Positions 34,933 through 44,786 of a DNA stretch of 64,000 nucleotides are shown piece after piece. Below the pieces are notes generated by a model. The model saw only the letters and a list, made by a program, of their open reading frames with translations, did not search any database and was not told where the DNA came from. Each line of letters opens with the position of its first letter. Position 1 is the stretch's first letter. This DNA is from an uncultured bacterium (GTDB taxonomy: Bacteria > Krumholzibacteriota > Krumholzibacteriia > LZORAL124-64-63), in the NCBI GenBank assembly GCA_963772145.1, contig CAVYVY010000011.1, positions 67,607 to 131,606 of the forward strand. The letters are read 5' to 3'. The position numbers and the translations under genes are program-made.

Positions 34933-35155
34933 GGCGGAACGGCCGGACCCTGCCGTGCACCTTTTCCCTGACGCGGTCGGCGAAGCACAAACCGCGACGT
35001 GGCGCTCGGACAACCCGCCGGCACCCCCCTTGTGCCGCTGAGCTTAGCCGCCTCGATACCTCGAGTCAACACGCGGCTTGGGGCCGCAAGGGAGCCGCCG
35101 GATCACGCCGGGCGGCCTTGTGCAACCACCGCGTCTGCCCTATCCTCCCCCGTCC

Positions 35156-36640
35156 ATGTCCACCGCAACCGCACCTCCCGCCGGCCGCCCCACGGTACGG
35201 TCGCTCCTGACCGTCCACCACGGACGCGAGATCTCGCGTCTGGCGGGGCCGACCATTCTCACGATGCTCTCCCAGACCCTCATGTGGACGGTCGACACGG
35301 CGCTGCTCGGACGGGTGTCGAGCACGGCGCTGGCCGCCGCCGGCCTGGGCGGGATGATCACCTGGGCCGGCTACAGCCTCTGCAACCAGCTCAGCCGCAT
35401 CACCGGCACGTTCGTGGCGCAGGCCCACGGCAAGGGGGACGACGAGGCGGTCGGCGACTACGTCTGGCAGGGGATCTGGCTGGCGCTGGCCGGCGGCGTG
35501 GTGCTGCAGGCGATCGGCTACTTCAGCTACGTCTGGCTGCCGCTGACGCGCAACCCGGCCGAGGTGCAGGCCCTCTCCTACGACTACATCAAGTGGCGTT
35601 CGGCCAGCGCCGTCGGCACCCAGCTCACCTTCGCCCTCATGGGCTTCTTCCAGGGCCGGCGCGACGTGCACGTGCCGATGTGGGCCGGCGTCGCGGCCAA
35701 CCTGCTTAACCTCGTGCTCGCCATCTGGCTGATCTTCGGCTGGACCGGCGTCGAGCTGGCCGGCCACCGCTGGCTCGCCATGGCGCCGCACGGCGTGACG
35801 GGGGCCGCGATCGCCACGAGCATCAGCGTGACCGCCAACGCCGCGATCCTGGCGGCGTGGCTCATGCTGCCGCGGGTGCACCGCCTGCGCTACCGGATCC
35901 ACATCCCGCGCCGCCCCCGTCCCCGCGAGATCCGCGACCTGGTGCGCGTGGGCAGCCCCTCGGCCGGCGAAAACTTCATCGACATGGCGTCGTTCGTGGT
36001 CTTCAGCGCCCTGATCGGCCGGGCCGGCGCCACCCAGCTCGCCGCCAGCCAGATCACCATCAACCTGCTGTCGTTCTCGTTCATGCCGATCTGGGGCCTG
36101 ACGATCGCCGGCTCCGTGCTGGTCGGCAACTGGATCGGCGCCGGCCGCCCCGACCTGGCCGAGCAGTACGGACGGCAGGTGTACAAGCTGGGGATCTACT
36201 TCTCCCTGGCGATCGCCGCCCTGCTCGTCCTGCTGCGCACCCACCTGTTCCGGGTCTTCACCCCCGATCCCGCCGTGATCGCCCTGGGCACCGGCCTCGC
36301 CCTCGTGGCCGCCGCCTTCCAGTTCGGCGACGGCCTGCGCATGATCGGCGGCGGCCTCCTCAACGGCGCCGGCGACACCCGCTTCCCCATGGTGCAGAGC
36401 CTGTTCGTGCTGTGGGGCATTTTCCTGCCCCTGTCCTGGTGGATCATCGTGCAACGCGGCGGCGACGTGCGCGCCGCCTGGCTCGGAGGAGCCGCGATCT
36501 ATCTGCTGCAGGCGGTGGGGCTGTGGTGGCGGGTGAGGTCGGGGAAATGGAAGCGGGTGCGGATCTTTACGGCAACCCATACCAGGTCGAGCGCCCGCCG
36601 CCATGGCGAGCCAGGAGCTTCTTCTCGACCAGGCGGCTGA
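35156..36640 (+). CDS. MATE-family efflux transporter
   Basis: From ATG 35156: REISRLAGPTILTMLSQTLMWTVDTALLGRV..TALAAAGLGG, with about 12 hydrophobic segments. The 3' end overlaps the convergent Fic gene by about 74 nt, so the stop is uncertain. Confidence 0.8.
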   Translation: MSTATAPPAGRPTVRSLLTVHHGREISRLAGPTILTMLSQTLMWTVDTALLGRVSSTALAAAGLGGMITWAGYSLCNQLSRITGTFVAQAHGKGDDEAVGDYVWQGIWLALAGGVVLQAIGYFSYVWLPLTRNPAEVQALSYDYIKWRSASAVGTQLTFALMGFFQGRRDVHVPMWAGVAANLLNLVLAIWLIFGWTGVELAGHRWLAMAPHGVTGAAIATSISVTANAAILAAWLMLPRVHRLRYRIHIPRRPRPREIRDLVRVGSPSAGENFIDMASFVVFSALIGRAGATQLAASQITINLLSFSFMPIWGLTIAGSVLVGNWIGAGRPDLAEQYGRQVYKLGIYFSLAIAALLVLLRTHLFRVFTPDPAVIALGTGLALVAAAFQFGDGLRMIGGGLLNGAGDTRFPMVQSLFVLWGIFLPLSWWIIVQRGGDVRAAWLGGAAIYLLQAVGLWWRVRSGKWKRVRIFTATHTRSSARRHGEPGASSRPGG

Positions 36641-37616
36641 ACGTTGCCTTCAACGTGTTGGGACTGGCGCCCGTCTCGCGGACCATGTCGCGCGTCGTGA
36701 CGCGGCCGTGGTCGCGGACGTAGTCCAGAATCCCGACCGCCAGCACGGGCAGCGCCGCGAGCACGTTCTTCTCACGCTCGACCTTGACGGCCAGCCGGCG
36801 CTTCTGCTGCTGCAGGGCGCGCATGAAGAACATGAGCCAGGGCTGCCAGTTCGGCGCCTCGCTGCGGATTGTGACCTGCGTCTGCCGAAGCGCGAGGTAG
36901 TAGCCGTCCTTGCTGTTCTCGATGACGCTTTCGAGCGAGCTGTAGGGCACATGGGCATAGCCGGCCTGCAACAGCAGCAGGGTGGTGAGGATGCGGCTCA
37001 AGCGGCCATTGCCATCCTGGAAGGGGTGGATTTCCAGGAACGCGACGATGAACACCGCGACGATCAGCAGGGGATGAATCCGACCCAACTCGCGCGCGTC
37101 TTTCAGCCAGGCGATCAGCTCGGTCATGCGGCGGGGCGTGTCGAACGGCGAGGCGGTCTCGAACACGATGCCGATCATCCTGCCGTCATCGTCGAAGGCG
37201 CCGACGTTGTTCGGCAGCGTCTTGTACCCGCCCCGGTGCCATTCGTCCTTGTCGCTGTGGCGCAGCAGGTCGCGGTGAAGCTGCCTGATGTGGTTTTCGG
37301 TGATCGGGATGTCGGTGAAGGCACGGAAGACGGTTTCCATGACCTCGGCATAGCCGGCGACTGCCTGCTCGTCGCGACTGTCGAACCTCCTGATCTCCAG
37401 CCTGGCAAGCAGATGCTCGACCTCGCGGTCGGTCAACTGGCTGCCCTCGATTCGGGTTGAAGAACCGATGCTCTCGACCGTGGCGATGCGGCGCAGCGCC
37501 AGCAGACGCTCCGGCGCAAGGTTGCCCAGAGCGCGCCAGACACCCTTGAATTCGTCGATTTCGGACAGCAGCGCCAACAATTCCGGCGTGATCTGGATGG
37601 ATTCGGTGTTCATCAT
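36567..37616 (-). CDS. Fic-domain protein (class II, with an intramolecular inhibitory motif) and a C-terminal winged-helix region
   Basis: 349 aa. The Fic core motif is HPFQDGNGRLSR. The N-terminal STRIEG fits the (S/T)xxxE(G/N) inhibitory-helix motif. The C-terminal part LDYVRDHGRVTTRDMVRETGASPNTLKATFSRLVEKKLL is wHTH-like. Confidence 0.85.
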   Translation of the reverse strand: MMNTESIQITPELLALLSEIDEFKGVWRALGNLAPERLLALRRIATVESIGSSTRIEGSQLTDREVEHLLARLEIRRFDSRDEQAVAGYAEVMETVFRAFTDIPITENHIRQLHRDLLRHSDKDEWHRGGYKTLPNNVGAFDDDGRMIGIVFETASPFDTPRRMTELIAWLKDARELGRIHPLLIVAVFIVAFLEIHPFQDGNGRLSRILTTLLLLQAGYAHVPYSSLESVIENSKDGYYLALRQTQVTIRSEAPNWQPWLMFFMRALQQQKRRLAVKVEREKNVLAALPVLAVGILDYVRDHGRVTTRDMVRETGASPNTLKATFSRLVEKKLLARHGGGRSTWYGLP

Positions 37617-37809
37617 ACCTGGATATATACCTGATTATGCCCGATTGTCCACCCAAATAATCACCGGATTGTACCTGAATGCGCGATTTTCACCCAAGCC
37701 ACCCGCTGGATGCTGGTGGGCGCCCGCAACGTCGCGAGGTGCGTCGTTCACTGGCCGGACTCGATACCGTAACGGCGGCAGGCTTCGTCCAGTTTGATCT
37801 GATGAGTCG

Positions 37810-40653
37810 TCAGGATCTCGCCATCAACATCTCTTCGGCATCCGCGATCACCGTCGCGACCTGCGCCTCGGGAGCCGGCAGTGCGATATCGGTGTACGCC
37901 GCGGCCAATTCCCCGGCGCGGGAAATGAGCGCCACCTGTTCCAGACGCAGGTCACCACGCGGCACCAGGATCTCGTACAGCAGGCGTGGCGTGGCGAGTG
38001 AGGCCTCACTGTCGGTGGTGGCCAGGGACCGCGCGACCGCGAGCATGCAGGCGTGGGCGTGCGCCATGGCTTCCGCCCCGGCTCCTGCAGCCTGCAGGGC
38101 GCGCGCGGCGGCGAGCTTGCGCCGCGCGACGACGAGATGCTCGTCCCTGTGCACTCCGTCGTGCGTCGCTCCGCTCGCTCCGTGATCGAGCAGCACCTGT
38201 GCCGGGGCCGGCGGCGAGTCCTCCCCGAAGGACTTCTCCGATCGGGCTTCGCCATCCGCGCCGCTGTCATCCATCCCGGTCGCCGCACGGAATGCCCACA
38301 GGCAGCTGGTCGGCGCGTCAACGGTCGCGGCTGTCGACTTGTGGTCCAGCGCCGCGTCGAAGAGTGCGCGCTTGGCGCCGAGCGTGCTCTTGAGACCGCT
38401 CTCGAAGGAGTCTTCCGCCACAAGGAAGAACACCTGCACGGGCTCGGTCTGGCCGTGGCGATGGACGCGGCCGATCCGTTGCTCGATGGTGGCGGGATTC
38501 CAGGGCAGCTCCAGATTGATGACGGCGCTGGCGAACTGCAGGTTGAGCCCGACGCCACCGGCGTCGGTGGCGAAGAACACTCGACACGCGGGATCGTCGC
38601 GGAACCGCTCGATCACGGCGCCGCGCCGGGACGTCGGGACGCCGCCGTGGAAGCGAACGAACCCCAGGTCCAGCTTCTGCGCCTGTTCGGCGGCCATACG
38701 GCCGAAATTTTCCCACTCGCTGAAGACGACGACCTTGCGTTCGGAGTCGACGCACAGCTCTTCCAGGAGGCGGGCAAACTCGTCCAGCTTGGGCGAGCCG
38801 TGCGTCTCCTTGTCCACCAGTCCGGCGGCGTTGCAGGCGAGGCGCGCCATCTGCATGGCGCGGAAGAGCCGCTCCATCTCCTCGGGGCGCAACGGACGCT
38901 TCTCGGCCAAAGCCGCGTAGCGGGCGGCGGTCTGCACGCCCTCATTCATGTAGACGCGCTGGGCCGACGTCATCGCGACGTGAAACCATGCGTCAATGCG
39001 CTCGGGCAGCTGCAGTTTCACCTCGTCCTTGGCGCGGCGCAGCACCACGGGCGCCAGCCGGCGGCGCAGCTCGTCGAGATTGCGGTATCCGGCGATCCTG
39101 CTGCGTCCTTCCTCGCGAACAACGAACCGTCGGTTGAACGCCCACAGCGGCCCGAGCACGCGCCGGTCGACGATCTGCAAAATGCTGTAGAGATCATCCA
39201 GCCGGTTCTGCAGCGCGGTGCCGGTCAGGACAAAGACGAAACGTGTCTCGATGCGCTTGATGGCCTCGGCGGTCAGGGTGTGCCAGTTACGGATGCGCTG
39301 CGCCTCGTCCAGGATCAGCAGATCCGGATCGAGAGTCGGTACGGCGAACTTGTCCCGCATCAGCAGTTCGTAATTGGCGATGGTATAGGCGCGCCGTTCG
39401 CGGTACCGGGACAGGCGTTCGCGGGGCGGGCCCTGCACGACCTGCGCCTCCAGACCGGTGAAGCGCCGGATCTCGTCGGCCCACTGGGATTTGAGCGACG
39501 CGGGACAGACGACGAGCGTCCGGTGCACCTCGCCGCGATCGTGCAGGATCCGCTCGGCGGCGATGGCCTGCACCGTCTTGCCCAGCCCCATCTCGTCGCC
39601 CAGCAGAGCGCGCCCGGCGGCCGCCAGAAAGGCCGTGCCCTCGAGCTGAAAGGGGTAGAGGGCGCTGGCGAACCCCGGAACCTGCACTCCGTTTTCCAGC
39701 ACGGCGCGATGCACTTCATCGCGGCGCCGCCGGCGTTGCCGATCCGCGGCGAGGAGCCGGGACAGATCCACCGCATCGTCGCACACGACGATCTTGCGCA
39801 GCCGGCGGGCCTGGACAAGGAAGCGCGCGAAGTCGTCGACGGGGTCGCCGCTGAAATTACCGCCGCGGTCGAAGAATTCGGCCGCCAGTCTGGTCACCGC
39901 AGGTGTGGGCTGCTCGGGCAGGAGCAGGCGGATGCGGGGCGCGTCGCGCCGGTCGGCGACGACCTGGGCGATTCCCGGGCCGGCAATCGCCAGGCTCTCG
40001 AACCTGCGTGGCGCGCGTTTCTTCAACTGAGCCAGCGCCGCCTCGATGTGTTTGCAGGTTCCGATCATCGAGGTGGCCTGGTCCGGACAGGTGCAACCGT
40101 TCACCCGGTCGCTCAACGAGCGGATTTCCACGACGTACTCGCGGCCTGATGGCGAGGCGACCCCGAAGGAGCCAAAGTAACGGTCGCCCGCGAGGTGGCG
40201 GATCGTGAACTCGCCCTGCCGGCCGCGATAGCGGCGGACTTCCAGTTCCTGGGAATCGAGGTCGGCGAGCGATTCCGGCGCGGGCAAGGCTGCGTCATCA
40301 TCCGCGGACCCGGCGTCGTCCACTGTGACGGCGGCTCGGCTAACGGCGGCGAAGCCGTTGTGCGCAGCCAGCACCGCGACGGCATGTTTGCAGAACGGCT
40401 CCCAGTCGAAGGCGCAATTGCAGGTACAGCGGAGTTCCTTGCCGTCGTGCTTCAACTCGACCAGATACGGCTCGGGGCCTGATCCCGCCACTCTCGCCTG
40501 CAACCGACCGGACGTCGCGACGAGATGTGTGACGCGCCCCGTGCGGGCATAGTCAAGACCGCGCCGGACGATCCGGTCACTGGCGAGATCGTCGAGGCGG
40601 ATGCCGGCAAAAGGATCGGCGGCGGCCCCGGTGCTGGCGGGACTTCTGCGCAT
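37810..40653 (-). CDS. SNF2-family helicase with two N-terminal SWIM zinc fingers and an uncharacterised ~230-aa C-terminal tail
   Basis: ATG 40653 follows GGTGGAG. SWIM fingers: CTCNCAFDWEPFCKH and CTCPDQATSMIGTCKH. SNF2_N: LYPFQLEGTAFL...LGDEMGLGKTVQAIA and ILDEAQRIRN. Helicase_C: ATDAGGVGLNLQFASAVINLELPWNPATIEQRIGRVHRHGQ. Confidence 0.85.
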   Translation of the reverse strand: MRRSPASTGAAADPFAGIRLDDLASDRIVRRGLDYARTGRVTHLVATSGRLQARVAGSGPEPYLVELKHDGKELRCTCNCAFDWEPFCKHAVAVLAAHNGFAAVSRAAVTVDDAGSADDDAALPAPESLADLDSQELEVRRYRGRQGEFTIRHLAGDRYFGSFGVASPSGREYVVEIRSLSDRVNGCTCPDQATSMIGTCKHIEAALAQLKKRAPRRFESLAIAGPGIAQVVADRRDAPRIRLLLPEQPTPAVTRLAAEFFDRGGNFSGDPVDDFARFLVQARRLRKIVVCDDAVDLSRLLAADRQRRRRRDEVHRAVLENGVQVPGFASALYPFQLEGTAFLAAAGRALLGDEMGLGKTVQAIAAERILHDRGEVHRTLVVCPASLKSQWADEIRRFTGLEAQVVQGPPRERLSRYRERRAYTIANYELLMRDKFAVPTLDPDLLILDEAQRIRNWHTLTAEAIKRIETRFVFVLTGTALQNRLDDLYSILQIVDRRVLGPLWAFNRRFVVREEGRSRIAGYRNLDELRRRLAPVVLRRAKDEVKLQLPERIDAWFHVAMTSAQRVYMNEGVQTAARYAALAEKRPLRPEEMERLFRAMQMARLACNAAGLVDKETHGSPKLDEFARLLEELCVDSERKVVVFSEWENFGRMAAEQAQKLDLGFVRFHGGVPTSRRGAVIERFRDDPACRVFFATDAGGVGLNLQFASAVINLELPWNPATIEQRIGRVHRHGQTEPVQVFFLVAEDSFESGLKSTLGAKRALFDAALDHKSTAATVDAPTSCLWAFRAATGMDDSGADGEARSEKSFGEDSPPAPAQVLLDHGASGATHDGVHRDEHLVVARRKLAAARALQAAGAGAEAMAHAHACMLAVARSLATTDSEASLATPRLLYEILVPRGDLRLEQVALISRAGELAAAYTDIALPAPEAQVATVIADAEEMLMARS

Positions 40654-40852
40654 AATCACTCCACCGAGAGGTCGGCACCATACCCCGGCAGTCTTCGGCT
40701 CCGGCCGGTCGGCTGATCGCGTTTCTGAGCGCGTTCTCTCGTGCCCGGGTCGGACGGTCGGGGTCTTTTTCATGTGCGGGGACTTGCGCGCAAATCCAAG
40801 CGCAAGGCCAAAGAGGTGCGCGCCCACGCCGCACGCCGCTCCGTACAGGCTA

Positions 40853-42077
40853 TCAGCTCAGCGACGGCAGCCGCCCTGCGACCTCCATGATGGTCTTTCT
40901 CGTGACACCGGTCGCCTCGGCGTGGACGGGCCAGCGGTCGATGGCTGCCCTGACTTCCTCCAGGATCCTGACGGCTTCGGGTCTGGAAAGACCAGCCTGC
41001 TCGCCGACCTGCAGCAGGTGAGGACGTCCCGGGTGCCTTCCTTCGCCGGCCACGGTCATGGTGTGCTCGCCGCCGGGTCCCGGGAAAAAACCAGGTCGTA
41101 CGCCGGCGACAAGGACCATTCGCCGGAATGCTCGTCCAGAAGGAAGGCGAAATTCTTCACGTGGTCGTCGCGATTGTGGGCCGCCACATTGAACACCATG
41201 CGCCGGAACGCTCGGGAAACCTGCCGCTGATCACGCGTGAGCAGGCTGGCAACCTTCATCAGGTCGGCATAGTCCGCCGACGGAATGCGAAAGTTCGAGT
41301 GGATGAGGTTGCCGAAGGTATGCACGTGGATCCGTCGGTGACCCTCGCGGTCGAATCGCCGGACGCCAAAGAACCGTGCACCTCCGGCGGTCGCGAACAG
41401 TCGGGTCGGAGGAAGGTCGATCCCCGCCTCGGCGGCCATGAGAGCGTACGCGTACTCCAGCGGACCGGCATCACCGCGGTCGGCCGGGCCGGCGAACTTG
41501 ACGATCCAGGCTCGTAGCCGGGGGGCGGTTCGTCGGCGCCGGAGATGACCTCGTCACGGTCGAGTCGCAGGCCCACCAGGACCTTGGGGCGGGCGCCTCC
41601 TGGCGATCCGCCCGCGCGCAGCAGGCGAGGCAGGACATCCTGCGTGGTGCCGGCAAGGATCGCTGTGGCCTCGTGGGCCATGTCGCGCAGATCGAGGCGA
41701 CGGTTGTCGACGCCAGCCTCATCCGATGACGGATGATAGGTCAATGCCCCCATGGTGCGCTGGCCGAGCCACGCCAGGCGATCGAGCGGGGTGATCGCGC
41801 CCGACTGCAGGCCGCGGGCACGGAAGTGCCGGTCCATCAACAGGAGCCCCCAACCGTCGGGCAGCGAGTCGTCGAAGAGGCCAGGCAGAGGCCCGAACTC
41901 ACGGTCCCGATGTTCGATCAATCCAGGCTGGAGCGGCAGCCGGAAGGGGGACAGTTCCAGCCTGCGGTCCAGGAACGACGCGTCGTACTGGAAGTAGATC
42001 CGACCGCGGTCCTCGGCCAGGGCCCCCACCGACACGTCGTCTTCGCGGCATCCAAGGCAGACGTCGAGCTTCCTCAT
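40853..42077 (-). CDS. hipA: HipA-family serine/threonine kinase toxin; two -1 frameshifts (about 41520, and the A6/T6 run at 41085..41090)
   Basis: Three track ORFs join into one HipA. The pieces are MRKLDVCLG...LFDDSLPDGWGLLLMDR...GGSPGGARPKVLVGL...PPPGYEP | WIVKFAGPADRGDAGPLEYAYALMAAEAGIDLP...VAAHNRDDHVKNFAFLL...WSLSPAYDLV | FFPGPGGEHTMTVAG... Confidence 0.8.
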
Positions 42078-42385
42078 CGGCGACCTCTCCTGCGCACGGG
42101 CTGTGCCGTCAGCCGTTCGAGTTCATCGAGGCTCCGGGCGGGCGGCGGCTGCCACAGTGGCGCGAGTTCGTCGAGACGGCCCAACGCGTGGGCGACTTTC
42201 AGCACCAGTTCCAGCGAGCTCTTTCCCGTGGTCTCGAATCGTTTGAGCGACGCCGGGGTGACGCCCGCACGAGCGGCCAGGGTGACACGGGTCCATCCCA
42301 CGTTCAGTCGCAGACCGCGAAGACGACCCGCCAGCAGGCTGGCCATCTCCGGGGCAGATTGCGCGGAAAGGAGCTGGCTGATCAT
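42074..42385 (-). CDS. hipB: XRE-family HTH antitoxin (HipB-like)
   Basis: 103 aa. GRLRGLRLNVGWTRVTLAARAGVTPASLKRFETTGKSSLELVLKVAHALG is an HTH_XRE pattern. A 4-nt overlap with hipA gives the canonical hipBA order. Confidence 0.7.
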   Translation of the reverse strand: MISQLLSAQSAPEMASLLAGRLRGLRLNVGWTRVTLAARAGVTPASLKRFETTGKSSLELVLKVAHALGRLDELAPLWQPPPARSLDELERLTAQPVRRRGRR

Positions 42386-42392
42386 GGGATAC

Positions 42393-42456
42393 AGTATAGT
42401 TCATGCTTGGTTATTGGGCAATCTATTATCTTTATATGTCATAAGCAATATAATAG
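42393..42456 (-). promoter_or_regulatory. Sigma70-like promoter of hipBA in an AT-rich islet, with an upstream 7-bp inverted repeat; near-leaderless
   Basis: Minus strand: TTGCCC (42421..42416), a 17-nt spacer, TATACT (42398..42393), then 7 nt to ATG 42385. The inverted repeat CTATTAT/ATAATAG lies at 42423..42429 and 42450..42456. Confidence 0.4.
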
Positions 42457-42741
42457 ATAATATGTAGTCCCTTATAAATGAGTTGCGTGAGTAAGTTTTC
42501 GGCCGTGATTTTAGGCTCGAGCAGGTCGGGCCGCTAGGCCATGACCGCTCCTCCGGGCCACCGTGCTCCGCGGCGCCGCTAAGCCCAGTGGGCATAAGAC
42601 CGGTCAGGATCCCTGTGCAGAATGCCGGAAGCGTTCGATCCCGTTCATTGACCACCACCCCCTTCCCACTAGATTACCCCCCATACCCCGACGCCGCGAC
42701 GCACACCCGTTCCCGGGTGCCTGCCAAGGGAGAAGTCTGCC

Positions 42742-44703
42742 ATGTCCATGCATTCGCTTCGTGCCGGGCCGCGCGCCACGCGTGCGGTCGCCGGCCTCGC
42801 ACTGTCCCTGACTGTTCTGCGCCGCGCTCGTCGGCGCGTCGTCCGCCGGCGACCTGCCCGCCTACACGCCCGACGCCACGGTGCCGCGCAGCGCGGTGCC
42901 CGACGTCTACAAGTGGGACCTGGCGCCGCTGTTCCCGTCGGACGGGGCGTGGGAGCAGGGGCGCGTGAAGCTGCTGGCGGATATCCCGGCGCTGGCCAGG
43001 TACCAGGGCAAGCTCGGCGATCCGAAGGTGCTCGCGGACTGCCTCGACCACTACTTCCGGCTCCACGGCGACGCCAACTGCCTGACGCTGTACGCCAACA
43101 TGCAGCTGACCACGGCGCAGTCCGACGACAAGGCGGGCGGCATGCGGCAGCAGGCGCAGGACGCGATGAACGAGCTGATGATGGCCGCCTCGTTCATCCG
43201 CCGCGAGGTGCTCGCGCTGCCGGCCGACAAGGTGTCGAAGGTCTACGCCGCGGAGCCGCGCCTCGCCCCGTACCGGGCGTACCTCGACAACCTGCGCCGT
43301 CGCGCAGTCGCGCGTGCTGAGCCCCGACGCCGAGCGCGCGCTGGCGCTGCTGGGCGACAATCTCTGGGCGGAGATCGACCTGAACGAGATCCCGTCGCCG
43401 CTCGAGGACGCCTTCAACGGCATCCTCAACGACATCCCCTGGCCGATGGTGAAGGACGAGCAGGGGCGCGACGTCCAGCTCACCCTGGCCAACTACAGCC
43501 GCTTCCGGCAGTCGCCCGACCGCGCCGTGCGCGAGGGGGCCGTGACCGCCTTCCTGGGCACGCTGCGCCAGTACCAGCACGCGCTGGCGGCGACGCTCGG
43601 CGGGCAGTACAAGCTCGACGTCGCCTACGCGCGCGCCCGCGGCTACGACACCGCGCTGGCGGCCTACATCGACAAGGACGACGTCTCGACGGCGGTGTAC
43701 GACAACCTGCTCGCCACCGTCGAGGCCAACCTGCCGCTGCTGCACCGCTACGTCGCGCTGCGCAAGAAGGCGCTCGGACTGCCCGACGTGCACCTCTACG
43801 ACCTCTACATCCCGCTCGCGGCGGGGGTCGAGGCCGACATCCCGTTCCCGCAGGCGCGGCAGACCATCATCGAGGCGCTCAAGCCGCTCGGCCCGGCGTA
43901 CGGCAAGGTGCTCGCCGAGGGGCTCGACCCGCGCAACGGCTGGCTCGACCTCTACCCGCACATGGACAAGGAGAGCGGCGCCTATCTCGTCGAGCGTCTA
44001 CGGGAAGCATCCGTACGTGAAGATGAACTACCAGAACTCGCTCGACGACATGTCGACCCTGGCGCACGAGTACGGCCACGCGCTGCACAGCGACCTGGCG
44101 ATGAAGGCGCAGTCGTACCCGGACTACCGCTACACGACGTTCCTGGCCGAGATCGCCTCGACCTGCAACGAGGCGCTGCTGAACGACTACCTGGTGGCCC
44201 GCGCGCCGGACGACGCGCAGAAGGCGTACCTGCTGGTGGGCCGCCTCGAGGACATCCGCACGACCATCTTCCGGCAGACGATGTTCGCGGAGTTCGAGCG
44301 CACGGTGCACGGCTTCGTGGAGCAGGGCATGCCGGTCACGGCCACGCTGCTCGAGTCCACCTACACCGACCTGGTGCGCCGCTACTACGGCCCGGCCTAC
44401 ACCATCGACGCCAACGACGGCATGGAGTGGGCCTACATCCCGCACTTCTACTACAAGTACTACGTCTACGTCTACGCGACCGGGCTGTGCAGCGGCATCG
44501 CCATCGCCGACCGGGTGCGCGAGCTCGGCCCGCCGGCGGTCGACGCCTACCTCGGCATGCTCAAGGGGGGCTGCGCCGAGGCGCCGCTCACGCTGCTGCA
44601 GAAGGCGGGGGTCGACCTGACGAAGCCCGACGCCATCGCCGCGGCGATGCGCACCTTCGAGCGGACCCTGGCCGAGGTGGAGAAGCTGGTCGCGAAGAAG
44701 TAG
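42742..44703 (+). CDS. pepF: M3B oligoendopeptidase F-like metallopeptidase with signal peptide; three +1 insertions (about 42817, 43307, 43986)
   Basis: Four track ORFs join. The pieces are MSMHSLRAG...LALSLTV | CAALVGASSAG...VPDVYKWDL...YLDNLRRRA | SRVLSPDAERALALLG...LYPHMDKESGAY | SSSVYGKHPYVKMNYQNSLDDMSTLAHEYGHALH (HExxH zinc site)... Confidence 0.8.
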
Positions 44704-44730
44704 CCGGTCCGGTCATCCGGTGGGACAGGC

Positions 44731-44759
44731 GAGGGCGCCCGCGCATGGCGGGCGCCCTC
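44731..44759. terminator. Perfect 12-bp GC-rich hairpin between convergent pepF and the MFS gene (bidirectional terminator candidate)
   Basis: GAGGGCGCCCGC (44731..44742), loop GCATG, then GCGGGCGCCCTC (44748..44759). There is no obvious U-tract on either side. Confidence 0.5.
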
Positions 44760-44786
44760 GTCGTTCGCCGCCCCCGCGGACGACGC

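Noticed and set aside
35020-35033. Sigma54-like motif CGGCAC-N5-TTGT in the tssA/MATE intergenic region.
   Set aside because: It points towards the MATE gene rather than tssA. The -12 element is GT instead of the conserved GC, and the first T is missing. It is too weak to call.
42621-42657. tRNA-like 3' fragment (GTTCGATCC ... ACCACCA) upstream of pepF, possibly an integration-site scar.
   Set aside because: I could not pair a T-stem around the putative loop, nor find a complementary 5' acceptor strand within 100 nt upstream. This is most likely a chance resemblance.
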